Shown one piece after another: positions 1 to 9,853 of a DNA stretch of 64,000 nucleotides. The notes under the pieces were generated by a model. The model was not told where the DNA came from. It saw only the letters and a list, made by a program, of their open reading frames with translations, and ran no database searches. Numbering within the stretch: the stretch's first letter is position 1; every line of letters begins with the position of its first letter. The DNA comes from a bacterium (GTDB lineage: Bacteria > UBP14 > UBA6098 > B30-G16), in NCBI GenBank assembly GCA_021162205.1, contig JAGGZE010000079.1, positions 29,189-93,188 on the forward strand, read 5' to 3'. A program made the translations under genes and the position numbers.

Positions 1-222
1 AATATCGGTCAACTCGAAACCATACGATTCGACACAAACCGTTTTTTCTGCGCCATCTATCAAATCGACTGCGCGGGATAGTGTTTCCTCATATCCATAA
101 GGGTCGGTGAATATAGTCTCGAAACTGCCTTCGCCCTCCGATGGTCCGCCGTTTCGCGGTTCGGTGCAGCCTATAAAGAGAATCGATGCGAGCGATAATA
201 TAGCAATTATTTGTTTTTTCAT
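1..222 (-). CDS. Partial lipoprotein (N-terminal 74 aa in window; C-terminus lies beyond window start); possibly phospholipase D-like
   Basis: Reverse-strand ATG at 220-222 gives MKKQIIAILSLASILFIGCTEP..., a lipoprotein signal with a lipobox cysteine. ...AVDLIDGAEKTVCVESYGFELTD weakly resembles the start of a PLD-like domain. The ORF runs off the window edge. Confidence 0.4.
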   Translation of the reverse strand, partial: MKKQIIAILSLASILFIGCTEPRNGGPSEGEGSFETIFTDPYGYEETLSRAVDLIDGAEKTVCVESYGFELTDI

Positions 223-366
223 CTTTTTAATCCTTTTTTTAGTTTTAATAATTCTAATAAACAAAAATATTCGATTTCTCCTATATTATTTTATAAAATA
301 GTAAGAAAACGATTCTATGTTATTTTTGATATTGACTATCGATAAATTTTTTATTATTTTAATTAT

Positions 367-1071
367 ATGAGTATGAATATTCAAGGTAAAATATTAGCGA
401 TAGATACTGCAACCGATTATATAAGTGTTGCGTTTTTTAGTGATAGTAAAATTGTCGCTGAAAACACGATATTCGCTCCAAAAAGACATTCTAATATTTT
501 GCCGGAATTAGTCGATGGTATTCTTAAAATATCCGATGAAAAAATATCCGATGAAACGATTATAGCGATTTCGGCAGGACCTGGTTCGTATACAGGTCTG
601 CGTGTTGGAATATCTTTCGTTCAGGGATTGGCGGCATCGACCGACGCTAAAATTGTATCGATAGACACATTAAAAGCTCTCGCTTATTGTTTTGCCCCGC
701 GGAAAACCGCTGTCGCTGTGGCAATCGATGCTCGCGCAGGTGGAATATATGCCTGTCTTTACGGTGTTCTCGGGAAACCATCCCCGATTATAAAAACGGG
801 AATTTTTGAATTATCTGAATTATGTTATAAATTATCGTCGCGAGGAAGAATTTTATTCGTTAGCGATGAAATTATATACAATGAAATAGTTGAGGGAATC
901 CACGGCACCGATGTTATATATGCGGGCGAACCGAGACCATCGGCGGGAATAATCGCAAAATTAGCGGTTTCCAAAGTGAACAGCGGACAATTTATAGAAC
1001 CCGAAAATTTAGAACCCAAATATCTTCGCCAATTTAAGGCGGGAACGAGAAAAAGAAAACCGATAATATAG
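367..1071 (+). CDS. tsaB: tRNA threonylcarbamoyladenosine biosynthesis protein TsaB (YeaZ)
   Basis: Motifs ILAIDTATDYISVAF and GPGSYTGLRVGISFVQGLA are typical of the inactive Kae1/YgjD paralog TsaB. Length is about 230 aa. Confidence 0.8.
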   Translation: MSMNIQGKILAIDTATDYISVAFFSDSKIVAENTIFAPKRHSNILPELVDGILKISDEKISDETIIAISAGPGSYTGLRVGISFVQGLAASTDAKIVSIDTLKALAYCFAPRKTAVAVAIDARAGGIYACLYGVLGKPSPIIKTGIFELSELCYKLSSRGRILFVSDEIIYNEIVEGIHGTDVIYAGEPRPSAGIIAKLAVSKVNSGQFIEPENLEPKYLRQFKAGTRKRKPII

Positions 1072-1080
1072 GAGGAAATT

Positions 1081-1563
1081 ATGATTATCGAAGGCAAAGT
1101 TCACAAATACGGCGACGATATAAATACCGATGTGATTTATCCGGGGAAATACACATATCAGCAGCTGACCGAAGATGAAATGGCATCGCATGCACTCGAG
1201 GACCTCGATTGCGAATTTGCTCGCAAAGTTAAGCAAGGAGATATAATAGTCGCCGGTAAAAATTTTGGCTGTGGGTCATCGAGAGAACAAGCCGCCGCTT
1301 GCCTGAAATATGCAGGAATAAGTGCAATTATAGCCGATTCCTTCTCGAGAATCTTTTTCAGGAACGCAATAAATTTCGGGTTGCTCGCAATTGCAAATTC
1401 CGAAGCGGCGAAATCTATCGAGAATGGTTCGATTGTTAAAATAGACAGGGATAATGGAATAATCGAATTCGACGATAAAAAATTCAAATTTTCTCCATAT
1501 CCACCCTTAGTTCAAAGTATTCTCGATGATGGAGGACTTATCCCGCACCTCCAACAGGCTTAG
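1081..1563 (+). CDS. leuD: 3-isopropylmalate dehydratase / aconitase-family small subunit (LeuD-like, short archaeal-type, 160 aa)
   Basis: GDDINTDVIYPGKY and GKNFGCGSSREQAAACL motifs match the aconitase swivel domain. AGGAGG RBS lies 7 nt upstream. No large subunit is adjacent. Confidence 0.7.
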   Translation: MIIEGKVHKYGDDINTDVIYPGKYTYQQLTEDEMASHALEDLDCEFARKVKQGDIIVAGKNFGCGSSREQAAACLKYAGISAIIADSFSRIFFRNAINFGLLAIANSEAAKSIENGSIVKIDRDNGIIEFDDKKFKFSPYPPLVQSILDDGGLIPHLQQA

Positions 1564-1570
1564 CCTGTTT
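1553..1570 (+). terminator. Intrinsic terminator of the leuD-like gene (stop codon TAG sits in the loop)
   Basis: Stem aacaggc/gcctgtt with loop tta, followed by tttctttg. Confidence 0.5.
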
Positions 1571-1700
1571 TCTTTGTGCAACTTTCCTCCCGATAAAATC
1601 GGGATTCCCTGTTGCACCAGATTAATAAATACAGACTTAGCCTGTTTTCTTTGTGCAACTTTCCTCCCGATAAAATCGGGATTCATTGTTGCACCGCGGG
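1553..1700. repeat. Two tandem copies (~60 nt, 16-nt spacer) of a hairpin-containing intergenic element (tcccga-taaaa-tcggga)
   Basis: 1561-1620 and 1637-1697 are about 95% identical: ttagcctgttttctttgtgcaactttcctcccgataaaatcgggattc... A related inverted copy lies at 3845-3930. Confidence 0.75.
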
Positions 1701-1782
1701 AATTTTATGGTAGTGTTATGGCATTTTATCGAGTGATTGAAACCTATAGAATTTGCCGACAACCGATGTTTTTGGATTTTCT

Positions 1783-2547
1783 CTACGATATTTTTTCTAT
1801 AATTTTTTTAATCGGTGTGTTTTGAATAATTTCTCGAGTAATATCCTCGCCGTTGAGATAAACACCGATAACTCTTCCCGAACTAAGAACTACATCTCGA
1901 TATGAAGTATCGTGGACTCTGAGTTCTGCTATTTGTGCGAAATTCGGTGATTGCTTAATGACTTTCGATATAATTAAAGAACCGATTGGGCAATATTTTG
2001 GGTAAAAAATATCGATAGCATATTTGCGTTGACGAGGTGGAAGAAGAGAAACAGGACTTTGAAAAGATGGCGGTGAAACATCGGCATATTTTCTAAACAT
2101 CATATACGATGGCATTCCCATAAATTCGCACTCTGTAATTTTTTCAAAACCGAATGCTTCCCAAACAGGATTGTCTATACCACCGGGACTGAAAACAACT
2201 ATCCCATCGTAACCTTTTCTTTCGAGTCTTTCCATAACCTTAATTAAAAGCAAATTTTTATGTTTCGATGTGGACATAACAGGTTGAGTCCAATAACATA
2301 ATATCACAACAATATTATTTCCAAAAATTGGAAGCGGCACATAATCGATTGGCATTTCGATTGAAAATCCCACTATTTTGCCCCAGTCCATCATAAATAA
2401 ACCGGACAAACCGAGTGGTATATTCGCTATATACCAGTTATTGCGCTGTCTTATGAATGATGAGCTCTCGATACCAGTAAGCAAATGTTCGGAGCAGCCT
2501 GCGCCCCAAAATGTTACTAACGATGGTGTTAGTTCTCTAAAATCCAA
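1783..2547 (-). CDS. Hypothetical protein, possible GNAT-fold acyltransferase
   Basis: 254-aa ORF with host-like codon usage. ...KGYDGIVVFSPGGIDNPVWEAFGFEKI resembles a GNAT C-terminal beta-strand/helix. The match is weak. Confidence 0.3.
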   Translation of the reverse strand: MDFRELTPSLVTFWGAGCSEHLLTGIESSSFIRQRNNWYIANIPLGLSGLFMMDWGKIVGFSIEMPIDYVPLPIFGNNIVVILCYWTQPVMSTSKHKNLLLIKVMERLERKGYDGIVVFSPGGIDNPVWEAFGFEKITECEFMGMPSYMMFRKYADVSPPSFQSPVSLLPPRQRKYAIDIFYPKYCPIGSLIISKVIKQSPNFAQIAELRVHDTSYRDVVLSSGRVIGVYLNGEDITREIIQNTPIKKIIEKIS

Positions 2548-2756
2548 AATATATCCCCTTCTTAAGCAATATATAACTACGATTTATTTTTCTTATTGCA
2601 AGTTGGCTAATCGATATAAATTTAAAATTCTCTGTAAGCACTGTCGATACAAGAAGTTATTCGATTTTTAAATGTTCGAATATATAGAGGACTTGACATT
2701 TTCGATATTATCATTATACTAATATAAAAATAGCATAAATATTTATTTTTTATAAT

Positions 2757-3806
2757 ATGTTCACAATATTAGCAGCGATTATAGTATTAGGCATTATCGT
2801 GTTCATCCACGAGTTTGGGCATTTTGCCGTTGCCAAATTATCCGGTATAGCTGTAGAAAAATTCTCTATCGGCTATCCTCCAACAATGATTTCCCATAAA
2901 TTTGGAGAAACAGAATATTGTATCGGCTGGATACCATTCGGTGGATATGTAAAACTTTCAGGTGAAACTCCCGAGGAAATTTCATCGAACCCGCGAGATT
3001 TCAGGGCAAAATCTCCTTTAACACGCATAGCGGTGCTTTTTGCAGGTCCATTTATGAATGTTGTGTTGGGCTTTATCTTAATTTGGTTCGTGCTTATCGG
3101 TTATGGTGAATCCATCCCTCGATATGAAATTCCTAAAATTGGTTCTACTGTGGTTGGAATGCCCGCTGCAAAAGCGAATATAGCAGCAGGCGATATTATT
3201 GTTAAAATCGATGGCGATACTGTGAAATCCTGGAACGATATGGCAGAATTCATTCATTCCAAACCGAATGTTCCAATATCGCTGACAATTAGCAGAAACG
3301 ATTCTTTGCTAACTGTGGTTTGCACACCCGAGCCGAAAACAATCTCGACCGAAACAGGCGATTCTATTATGGGTATGATTGGAATCGTGCCGACTACGAT
3401 TCAGAAAAAAATGTCGATATTCCCCGCATTCATTCGTTCCATTGAAGCCACAATTGCGATTGCTTTCGCCGTATTAAGTTTCCTCATAAATCTTATAATA
3501 GGACACGCATCGCTTTCTGAAGTCGGCGGTCCCGTGATGATAGCTCAAATCGCCGGCGAATCCGCCAGACTCGGTATATGGCAGTTTCTTATGTTTATTG
3601 CCGCATTATCGATAAACCTGGCACTGCTCAATCTTTTCCCGATACCACCTCTCGATGGTGGACAAATTTTATTCACCGTTATCGAGGGTATTCGGAAAAA
3701 AGCTATCAGTCTTAAATTTCAAGCGATTTTTCAACAGATAACTATCGCATTGCTTTTAGCATTTATGCTGTTGGTTACAGTTAAAGATATTCTTCGTTTC
3801 TTTTGA
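2757..3806 (+). CDS. rseP: RIP metalloprotease RseP (site-2 protease, M50 family, with PDZ domain)
   Basis: HEFGHF (HExxH) lies in the first TM helix. There is a central PDZ-like segment and multiple TM segments. 349 aa. Confidence 0.85.
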   Translation: MFTILAAIIVLGIIVFIHEFGHFAVAKLSGIAVEKFSIGYPPTMISHKFGETEYCIGWIPFGGYVKLSGETPEEISSNPRDFRAKSPLTRIAVLFAGPFMNVVLGFILIWFVLIGYGESIPRYEIPKIGSTVVGMPAAKANIAAGDIIVKIDGDTVKSWNDMAEFIHSKPNVPISLTISRNDSLLTVVCTPEPKTISTETGDSIMGMIGIVPTTIQKKMSIFPAFIRSIEATIAIAFAVLSFLINLIIGHASLSEVGGPVMIAQIAGESARLGIWQFLMFIAALSINLALLNLFPIPPLDGGQILFTVIEGIRKKAISLKFQAIFQQITIALLLAFMLLVTVKDILRFF

Positions 3807-3844
3807 ACCTTCGTTTCTTTTTAAATTAGGAATATTTATTTTGA

Positions 3845-3930
3845 TTAATCGGGTGTTGCAGGGAATGTCCCGACTTCATCGGGATTCAGAAAAGTGCAAT
3901 GCAAAGAAAACAGGCGAATGCCTGTTTTTA
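3845..3930. repeat. Inverted-orientation copy of the 1553-1700 element, ending in a bidirectional terminator hairpin
   Basis: Reverse complement gcctgttttctttgcattgcac...tcccgatgaagtcggga...ccctgcaacacc parallels the 1561-1620 copy. Hairpin aaaacaggc-gaat-gcctgttttt is at 3907-3930. Confidence 0.6.
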
Positions 3931-3987
3931 TTCTTGCCATCACGATGAAATGAAATATTTTATTCTCAATTATAAAGGGGGATTATT

Positions 3988-5928
3988 ATGCGGAATATTT
4001 TTATTATAATTGCGATATTATCGATTTTGTGCGCTCTGTATGGCGAGATGGATGGCTTCCCTGTCGGCTTCGGTATCGATGATGATATTTCAATCTGGGG
4101 GTCACCTGCATTTGTGCAATTGGATACGAATTGTATCATCGTTTGCGGTTCGACAAACGATACATTATATGGATTCGGTTTCGATGGTTCGACAGCAAAC
4201 GGTTTCCCGATATATGTCGGCGGTGTTGTCCACTCCAAAATTGCATGGACACAAATCGATAGTTCGATTGCAATTTTCGTCCTGACCTGCGATGGCATTT
4301 TATCTCGTATCGACTGGGATGGCACGAATTCCACGATAGTTTTCGATACGACACTCGGCGAAAGTTCGAATTACATTTCTCCCGTTCTCGCAGACATAGA
4401 TGAGGATGGCACAGTCGATATAATCGCTGCGGTGGATACGATATTATTTTGCCTCGATATCGATGGTAATGTTTTATGGAATGCGAATTTCATTTCATCC
4501 ACAGGATTTGCGGTCGCTACACCATCCTGCGGTGATATCGATGGCGATGGTTTTTCTGAAATCACTGTCGAGGGTTATCAAACATTGAATATGTTTTCAG
4601 CCACAGGTGATGAAATCACTGGATTCCCTATCGAACTCGATTCCGATGAAGCATTCAGTTATTCATCGGCATTGCTTTTCGACTATGACAAGGATGGTGC
4701 TTACGAAATATTCTGCGGACTTCATCGAACGAGCGGTGCGCAATATGGTATAATTAAAGCATTCGAGAGTGATGGCAGCGAAATCGGCGACCCATTTTTT
4801 ACTATATGGTATTCATACGGTGGATGGATTTATTCTTCGCTTTCCATTGGTGATGCCGATGGCGATTACAGTCCAGACATTTGTTTCGGCAATGTCCCCG
4901 GTGAACTTTACGCGATAAATATCGAGGGTAATATATCCAGTTTCGGTGGAACGGGAAGAGACCAGCAGGGACATATCTACGGTTCGGTTCTGATGTGCGA
5001 CCTCGATGGCATACCTGGTCCCGAATATATTTTTCAGACTATAAATGAAAGCGATTCAAATTCTATAATGTTCGTTATGGATCCAGCTGCAAACAATGTT
5101 CTCGGTTTCCCCGATACGATGGAATCGAGTCTCGGCGGAATTTTGACTCCTGCAATTTGCCAATTCGGCGAAACCACCTATGTTTCCGCTATTACCGGCG
5201 ATGGAAATCTTCACCTATGGGGCATTCCAAATATTCCATTGCCGGGATATGCAAATTGGTTGCAATTATACGGCGATAGCCAAAATCGAAATGTTGCACC
5301 GCCAGCGAATGTAGAACTTACTCTAAAAAAAATGGATTCGAGTTATTACGGGCTCGACTGGCAGATGAGTTCCAATCCAGAATTTGCTCGATACCTAATT
5401 TATCTCGCGACCGATTCCGCTGGAAGCAGTTGTGTCCTGCTCGATTCGATTGCAGATATTGCCGAAACGAGCTATACGCACGAATCTGAGACTTCGCCGG
5501 AATCGTTGTGGTTTTTTGTGTTAGTCGAGGATATTTTTGGGAGAACATCGCTACGCAGTGTCCCGAAATCCACCTATGACACGACTTATATCGATGAAAA
5601 AATTTTGGTCCCCTGCCAAATTTCATTGAGCATTTCGCCGAATCCATTTAATTCATCGTGCAGGATAATGTGGGAGGCATCTCCCGATGCCGATTATCGA
5701 GACCAGAAGGTCTCTCCAACAATCGAGATATTCGATTTACGGGGGAATGTTGTGGTAGGGGCAGGTTCGCAACCTGCTCAAAAGGGACATAGGTCGGGTT
5801 TGGAACCCACCCCTACAAACCGCACATTCATCTGGCAACCCGATGAATCGATTTCATCGGGGATATATCTCGTGCGAGTGACTTATGATGGGAAAGCGAT
5901 TACCAAAAAAATAGCATATTTAAAATAG
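3988..5928 (+). CDS. Secreted FG-GAP/VCBS-repeat protein with T9SS C-terminal sorting domain
   Basis: N-terminal signal peptide. Repeated DIDGDG / DIDEDGTVDI / GDADGDYSPD calcium-binding FG-GAP-like motifs. C-terminus ISPNPFNSS...IFDLRGNVV...SGIYLVRV is a Por/T9SS CTD. RBS aaagggggatt. Confidence 0.7.
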   Translation: MRNIFIIIAILSILCALYGEMDGFPVGFGIDDDISIWGSPAFVQLDTNCIIVCGSTNDTLYGFGFDGSTANGFPIYVGGVVHSKIAWTQIDSSIAIFVLTCDGILSRIDWDGTNSTIVFDTTLGESSNYISPVLADIDEDGTVDIIAAVDTILFCLDIDGNVLWNANFISSTGFAVATPSCGDIDGDGFSEITVEGYQTLNMFSATGDEITGFPIELDSDEAFSYSSALLFDYDKDGAYEIFCGLHRTSGAQYGIIKAFESDGSEIGDPFFTIWYSYGGWIYSSLSIGDADGDYSPDICFGNVPGELYAINIEGNISSFGGTGRDQQGHIYGSVLMCDLDGIPGPEYIFQTINESDSNSIMFVMDPAANNVLGFPDTMESSLGGILTPAICQFGETTYVSAITGDGNLHLWGIPNIPLPGYANWLQLYGDSQNRNVAPPANVELTLKKMDSSYYGLDWQMSSNPEFARYLIYLATDSAGSSCVLLDSIADIAETSYTHESETSPESLWFFVLVEDIFGRTSLRSVPKSTYDTTYIDEKILVPCQISLSISPNPFNSSCRIMWEASPDADYRDQKVSPTIEIFDLRGNVVVGAGSQPAQKGHRSGLEPTPTNRTFIWQPDESISSGIYLVRVTYDGKAITKKIAYLK

Positions 5929-5939
5929 GAGGATTTTTT

Positions 5940-6905
5940 ATGAATATATACGAGCGGCACGATTGGAAGATGGTGCCATCGAGAAATGGTTTTGGTCGAG
6001 CGCTCACCGAACTCGCCGAACGACATCCCGAACTTGTGGTTATCGGTGCGGATTTGACAGAATCCACTCGGGCGAACTATTTTTCTGAGAAATATCCTGA
6101 CAGATTTTTCAATGCCGGTATCGCCGAGCAAAACGCAGCGGGAATGGCGGCTGGACTCGCTCTCACTGGAAAAATACCCGTGTTCTCGACTTATGGAGTT
6201 TTTGCTGCTGGACGAGCATTCGACCAAATACGAACTACGATTTGCTATTCCAATGCGAATGTGAAAATCGGCGGTGCTCACGGCGGGCTTTCGGTCGGTC
6301 CCGATGGTGCTACACATCAGGCACTCGAAGAAATCGCTCTTATACGTGTTCTTCCGCATATGACACTTTTCACTCCTGCCGATGACGAGGAAACTCGCAA
6401 AGCTACAATCGCTGCGGTGGAACAAATTAACGGACCCGTATATATCAGGTTCGGAAGAGCACCCGTGCCATCGATTACCGATGAAAGCACACCGTTCGAG
6501 GTCGGCAAAGCTCGAATCGTTAAAGATGGTGAGGATATTACGATAATCGCTTGCGGTGCGATGGTTGCGGAATCGATTCTTGCATCGGAAATTCTCGAAA
6601 GAGATGGTATTTCGGTTCGAATAATCGATATGCACACAATAAAACCGATAGATAGACAGGCAATCGAGGAATCCGCTCGAAAAACAGGTGCAATATTGAC
6701 AGTCGAGGAGCATCAAATCGAAGGTGGACTCGGCGGAGCGGTTGCCGAGGTCGTGGTGCGAACTTATCCTGTTCCGATGGATTTCGTAGCGGTGAACGAT
6801 AGATTCGGCGAATCAGGTGAACCGATGGAGTTAATTAAGAAATTTGAACTCGATTACGAATCGATTGCTCGAAAAGCTCGTGAACTATCGAAGAAAAAAG
6901 CATAA
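5940..6905 (+). CDS. Transketolase C-terminal section (split transketolase subunit B); no N-terminal subunit gene adjacent
   Basis: NAGIAEQNAAGMAAGLAL, GGAHGGLSVGPDGATHQALEEIALIR and the pyrimidine-binding plus C-terminal domains are present. AGGAGG RBS. Confidence 0.85.
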   Translation: MNIYERHDWKMVPSRNGFGRALTELAERHPELVVIGADLTESTRANYFSEKYPDRFFNAGIAEQNAAGMAAGLALTGKIPVFSTYGVFAAGRAFDQIRTTICYSNANVKIGGAHGGLSVGPDGATHQALEEIALIRVLPHMTLFTPADDEETRKATIAAVEQINGPVYIRFGRAPVPSITDESTPFEVGKARIVKDGEDITIIACGAMVAESILASEILERDGISVRIIDMHTIKPIDRQAIEESARKTGAILTVEEHQIEGGLGGAVAEVVVRTYPVPMDFVAVNDRFGESGEPMELIKKFELDYESIARKARELSKKKA

Positions 6906-6992
6906 TGTAAATCGAGATGCTTACTTGACTTTTGTTTTGAGAAACTTATATTTTATAAGAATTTTTAATATTTTTTTTTGGAGTGGTATTCG

Positions 6993-7733
6993 ATGCGAAA
7001 AATAGTCTTTATAATCACTATTTTTGCGGCGGTTCTGATTTTTTCCGAAAGTCTCGATGAATTATTCAAGGTAGGCGATTACTTTTTCAACAGAGGCGAA
7101 TATGCCGATGCCTTGAAAAACTATCGCAATGCGGAAAACATAAACCCCGACAATCCGCAGGTATTGTGGCGACTCGGAGCGGTATATAATAGACTCGCTA
7201 TGAATTTGGTCGGTAAAGCTCAAATCGATACTTTACATAAGTCTAACGGCTATCTTACTCGAACATTGAAAACAGATAAAAAAATTGCCAAGGCACACTG
7301 TGAACTTGCCTACAATCTTGCATTTATGGGACTTTTGCAGGAAAATTTTCAGAATTTTATGCTTGCAAACAGAATCAAAGAAGAACTCGATTACGCCCTG
7401 AAATTGGATTCCGAACTCGCCGATGCTTATTTTCTATATGGACTATGGAACAGACAGGTTTGCACGATATCGATACTTAGGCGGAAACCGCACGGTCTCG
7501 GTGATGCATCATCTGAAAATGCACTCGAAAATTTTCAGAAAGCGGTTCAATTCGATACCGATAAAGCACAATACTGGCTCGAATACGCTTTTCAGACAAT
7601 CGCTATGGGCGATACCGCAAAAGCTTTTAAATTACTGAAACGAGCATCTGAATCACCGAAAATACCTATCAATAGACCGTATATCGATAAAGCTAATGAA
7701 GTGATTCAAAAACTTTACGAAAATAAAAATTAA
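6993..7733 (+). CDS. TPR-repeat protein (secreted)
   Basis: Signal peptide MRKIVFIITIFAAVLIFS. TPR-like helices (YFFNRGEYADALKNYRNAENINPDN...). RBS ggagtgg. Confidence 0.5.
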   Translation: MRKIVFIITIFAAVLIFSESLDELFKVGDYFFNRGEYADALKNYRNAENINPDNPQVLWRLGAVYNRLAMNLVGKAQIDTLHKSNGYLTRTLKTDKKIAKAHCELAYNLAFMGLLQENFQNFMLANRIKEELDYALKLDSELADAYFLYGLWNRQVCTISILRRKPHGLGDASSENALENFQKAVQFDTDKAQYWLEYAFQTIAMGDTAKAFKLLKRASESPKIPINRPYIDKANEVIQKLYENKN

Positions 7734-7749
7734 ACGGGGAGTTGTAATT

Positions 7750-9831
7750 ATGAAAAAAATAATTTTCCTTTGTGCGATTATTATTACGGTCTTGAGTGCA
7801 TCTGCTTTTCGCGATATTATTTTTCTTCACAATGGCGAAGAAGTTAGATGCAATGTGAAAAAAATCGATAGCAAAACAATAGTTGTCGAAACTATCGATG
7901 GCACGAAGAAATTTTCTAAATCCGATGTTATTAGACTCACGATGACTCATCCGCGCATGGGCGATAATTGGGAAACGATGAAAGATATCGACGATTCGCT
8001 TCTGTTAGCGACAATCGAAAAAGTAGGCGAGGCGAAAAAGTATCCCAGTGCATCCTCGATTACGCTGTATCACTCGATAGATTATACATTCGATTCCGAT
8101 AGAAGTTGCCGAGAAACTGTGCGGAAAATAATTTTAATTCTCAACGAGCGTGGAAAGAATATGAATTCCACGAGTTTATTTCAATTTATCGAGCCGAATC
8201 AAACAGGCGATGTGGATTTCTGTCGAACTATAATCATTGCCGATAGTTCGATATATCATCTCGACGATGCCGCACTCGAATTTGCAGAACCGAGTTCACA
8301 ATATCCGCAGTATAATTTTCGGAGACGAATCAAATTTGCTCCACCGCAGATGTCTATCGGTGCGGTTATAGATTTTCAATACCATATCGACCAGAAAATC
8401 ACCGACCCGATTCATCCGCTTGTGGCAAAAGTTATTTTCGGGGATAGTGAACCGATATTGCATAAAGAGTTTAAAATTTCCATTCCCAAAAATATTTCGG
8501 AGAATTTCATTAAATATACAGGATATTTGCCGCCGATTCAAAAAAGCGAAAATGGGGCGAATGTATATCTATGGGAAAAAGATGATATTGCACCGACAGT
8601 TCGCGAGAACTGGCAAGCGCCATTCGAGATGTTTCTGCCGACTGTTTGGGTCGGTTTCGGCATAGATGAGGGAAAATTATTGAAAGCGCTTTCCGATTCG
8701 TTTAATATCGCCCTCGATGGCTCACCGCAACTCGATGCTTTGGTCGATTCATTGACTCAAAATGCGAAAACGTCGAAGGAAAAGTTCGATAAAATTTATG
8801 AATATCTTAATCTATCGTTTCGCAAAGCTTATGTTGGAATGGGTAGCTGTAAATATTTTCCAAGAAAAGTATCCGATATATTCAGTGATGGCATAGCCAA
8901 TAACCTCGATATTTCGGTTCTTATGTGTTATATGTTGAATCATCTCGGTATCGAATCGAAATTGGTTTTGGGGTCGAGCATTTTAAATAATTCCGCTATT
9001 TCCAATATTCCATCATTGAGTTTTTTTAGTTCGCCATCGACTGCTGCTAAAATCGGCGGCAAATGGATTTTCGCAAATCCGATGTCGAAATATTCTCCAT
9101 CGAATATAATATCGTCGAATTTTGCTGGACAACAAGCTCTATGGATTGGGAAAAAGTCTGTGCAGATGGCTAAATCGCCATACAATCCACTCGATATATA
9201 TACCGATACCGACACACTATGGATTTTGCTTAAACCCAATGGCGATGCCGATGTTAAGGAAAAAAATGTTTATGGTCTCGCTAATGGTATCAGCACTAAA
9301 TATTACCGTGAAACTCAAAAGGAGCAACTCGATAATTATTTCCAAACATCTGCGGGGGATTTTCATCCGGGTGCGAGTCTAATCGATTATTCAATTATCG
9401 GGCTGAATGGACTCGATTCTAATGCTGTTATAAATGAAAATATTTCCGCGCCGAATTTGGCTCAAACAGCAGGTAAAAAACTTCTCGCATTTCAAATCCC
9501 CGGACTCGAATACAATGCGGGTGGATTCGGTCAACCTATGCGTAAAACACCGATTTGGCATTCGACTCCGAGTGTGTATAACTGTATCTGGATTATAAAA
9601 TTACCTGAAAAATATAAACCCGATTATATTCCCGAACCGCTGTCTATAAAACTCGACTCGCTGACATACGATTTGAGTTTCAAGTATGACAAAGTTAGTC
9701 GATCGCTTACGGTTATCGAGCATTCCGAGCGCACCGATAGGTTTGTTCCCGTCGATGATTATCAGAAATTGCGTGCTGCAATGTTTCAGCGTGCAAAGGG
9801 CTCGAAAAAATGGATTGTCCTGGAAAAGTAA
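7750..9831 (+). CDS. DUF3857/transglutaminase-like domain protein (secreted)
   Basis: Signal peptide. Central segment GMGSCKYFPRKVSDIFSDGIANNLDISVLMCYMLNHLGIESKLVLG has transglutaminase-like core architecture (Cys ... followed by the GIxxR/K-like helix). 693 aa. Confidence 0.45.
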   Translation: MKKIIFLCAIIITVLSASAFRDIIFLHNGEEVRCNVKKIDSKTIVVETIDGTKKFSKSDVIRLTMTHPRMGDNWETMKDIDDSLLLATIEKVGEAKKYPSASSITLYHSIDYTFDSDRSCRETVRKIILILNERGKNMNSTSLFQFIEPNQTGDVDFCRTIIIADSSIYHLDDAALEFAEPSSQYPQYNFRRRIKFAPPQMSIGAVIDFQYHIDQKITDPIHPLVAKVIFGDSEPILHKEFKISIPKNISENFIKYTGYLPPIQKSENGANVYLWEKDDIAPTVRENWQAPFEMFLPTVWVGFGIDEGKLLKALSDSFNIALDGSPQLDALVDSLTQNAKTSKEKFDKIYEYLNLSFRKAYVGMGSCKYFPRKVSDIFSDGIANNLDISVLMCYMLNHLGIESKLVLGSSILNNSAISNIPSLSFFSSPSTAAKIGGKWIFANPMSKYSPSNIISSNFAGQQALWIGKKSVQMAKSPYNPLDIYTDTDTLWILLKPNGDADVKEKNVYGLANGISTKYYRETQKEQLDNYFQTSAGDFHPGASLIDYSIIGLNGLDSNAVINENISAPNLAQTAGKKLLAFQIPGLEYNAGGFGQPMRKTPIWHSTPSVYNCIWIIKLPEKYKPDYIPEPLSIKLDSLTYDLSFKYDKVSRSLTVIEHSERTDRFVPVDDYQKLRAAMFQRAKGSKKWIVLEK

Positions 9832-9853
9832 AGGAAACAATAGGCGGGTTATT

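Noticed and set aside
1553-1700. Possible CRISPR array (direct repeats with a spacer)
   Set aside because: Only two repeat copies of about 60 nt with a 16-nt spacer and no cas genes. It fits better as a tandemly duplicated terminator/REP-like element.
1526-1825. 99-aa plus-strand ORF spanning the tandem repeats
   Set aside because: No RBS. It is composed largely of repeat/terminator sequence and overlaps the 3' end of the convergent gene, so it is likely spurious.
5883-6716. 277-aa minus-strand ORF
   Set aside because: It is antisense to the well-supported transketolase C-terminal gene and has no homology features.
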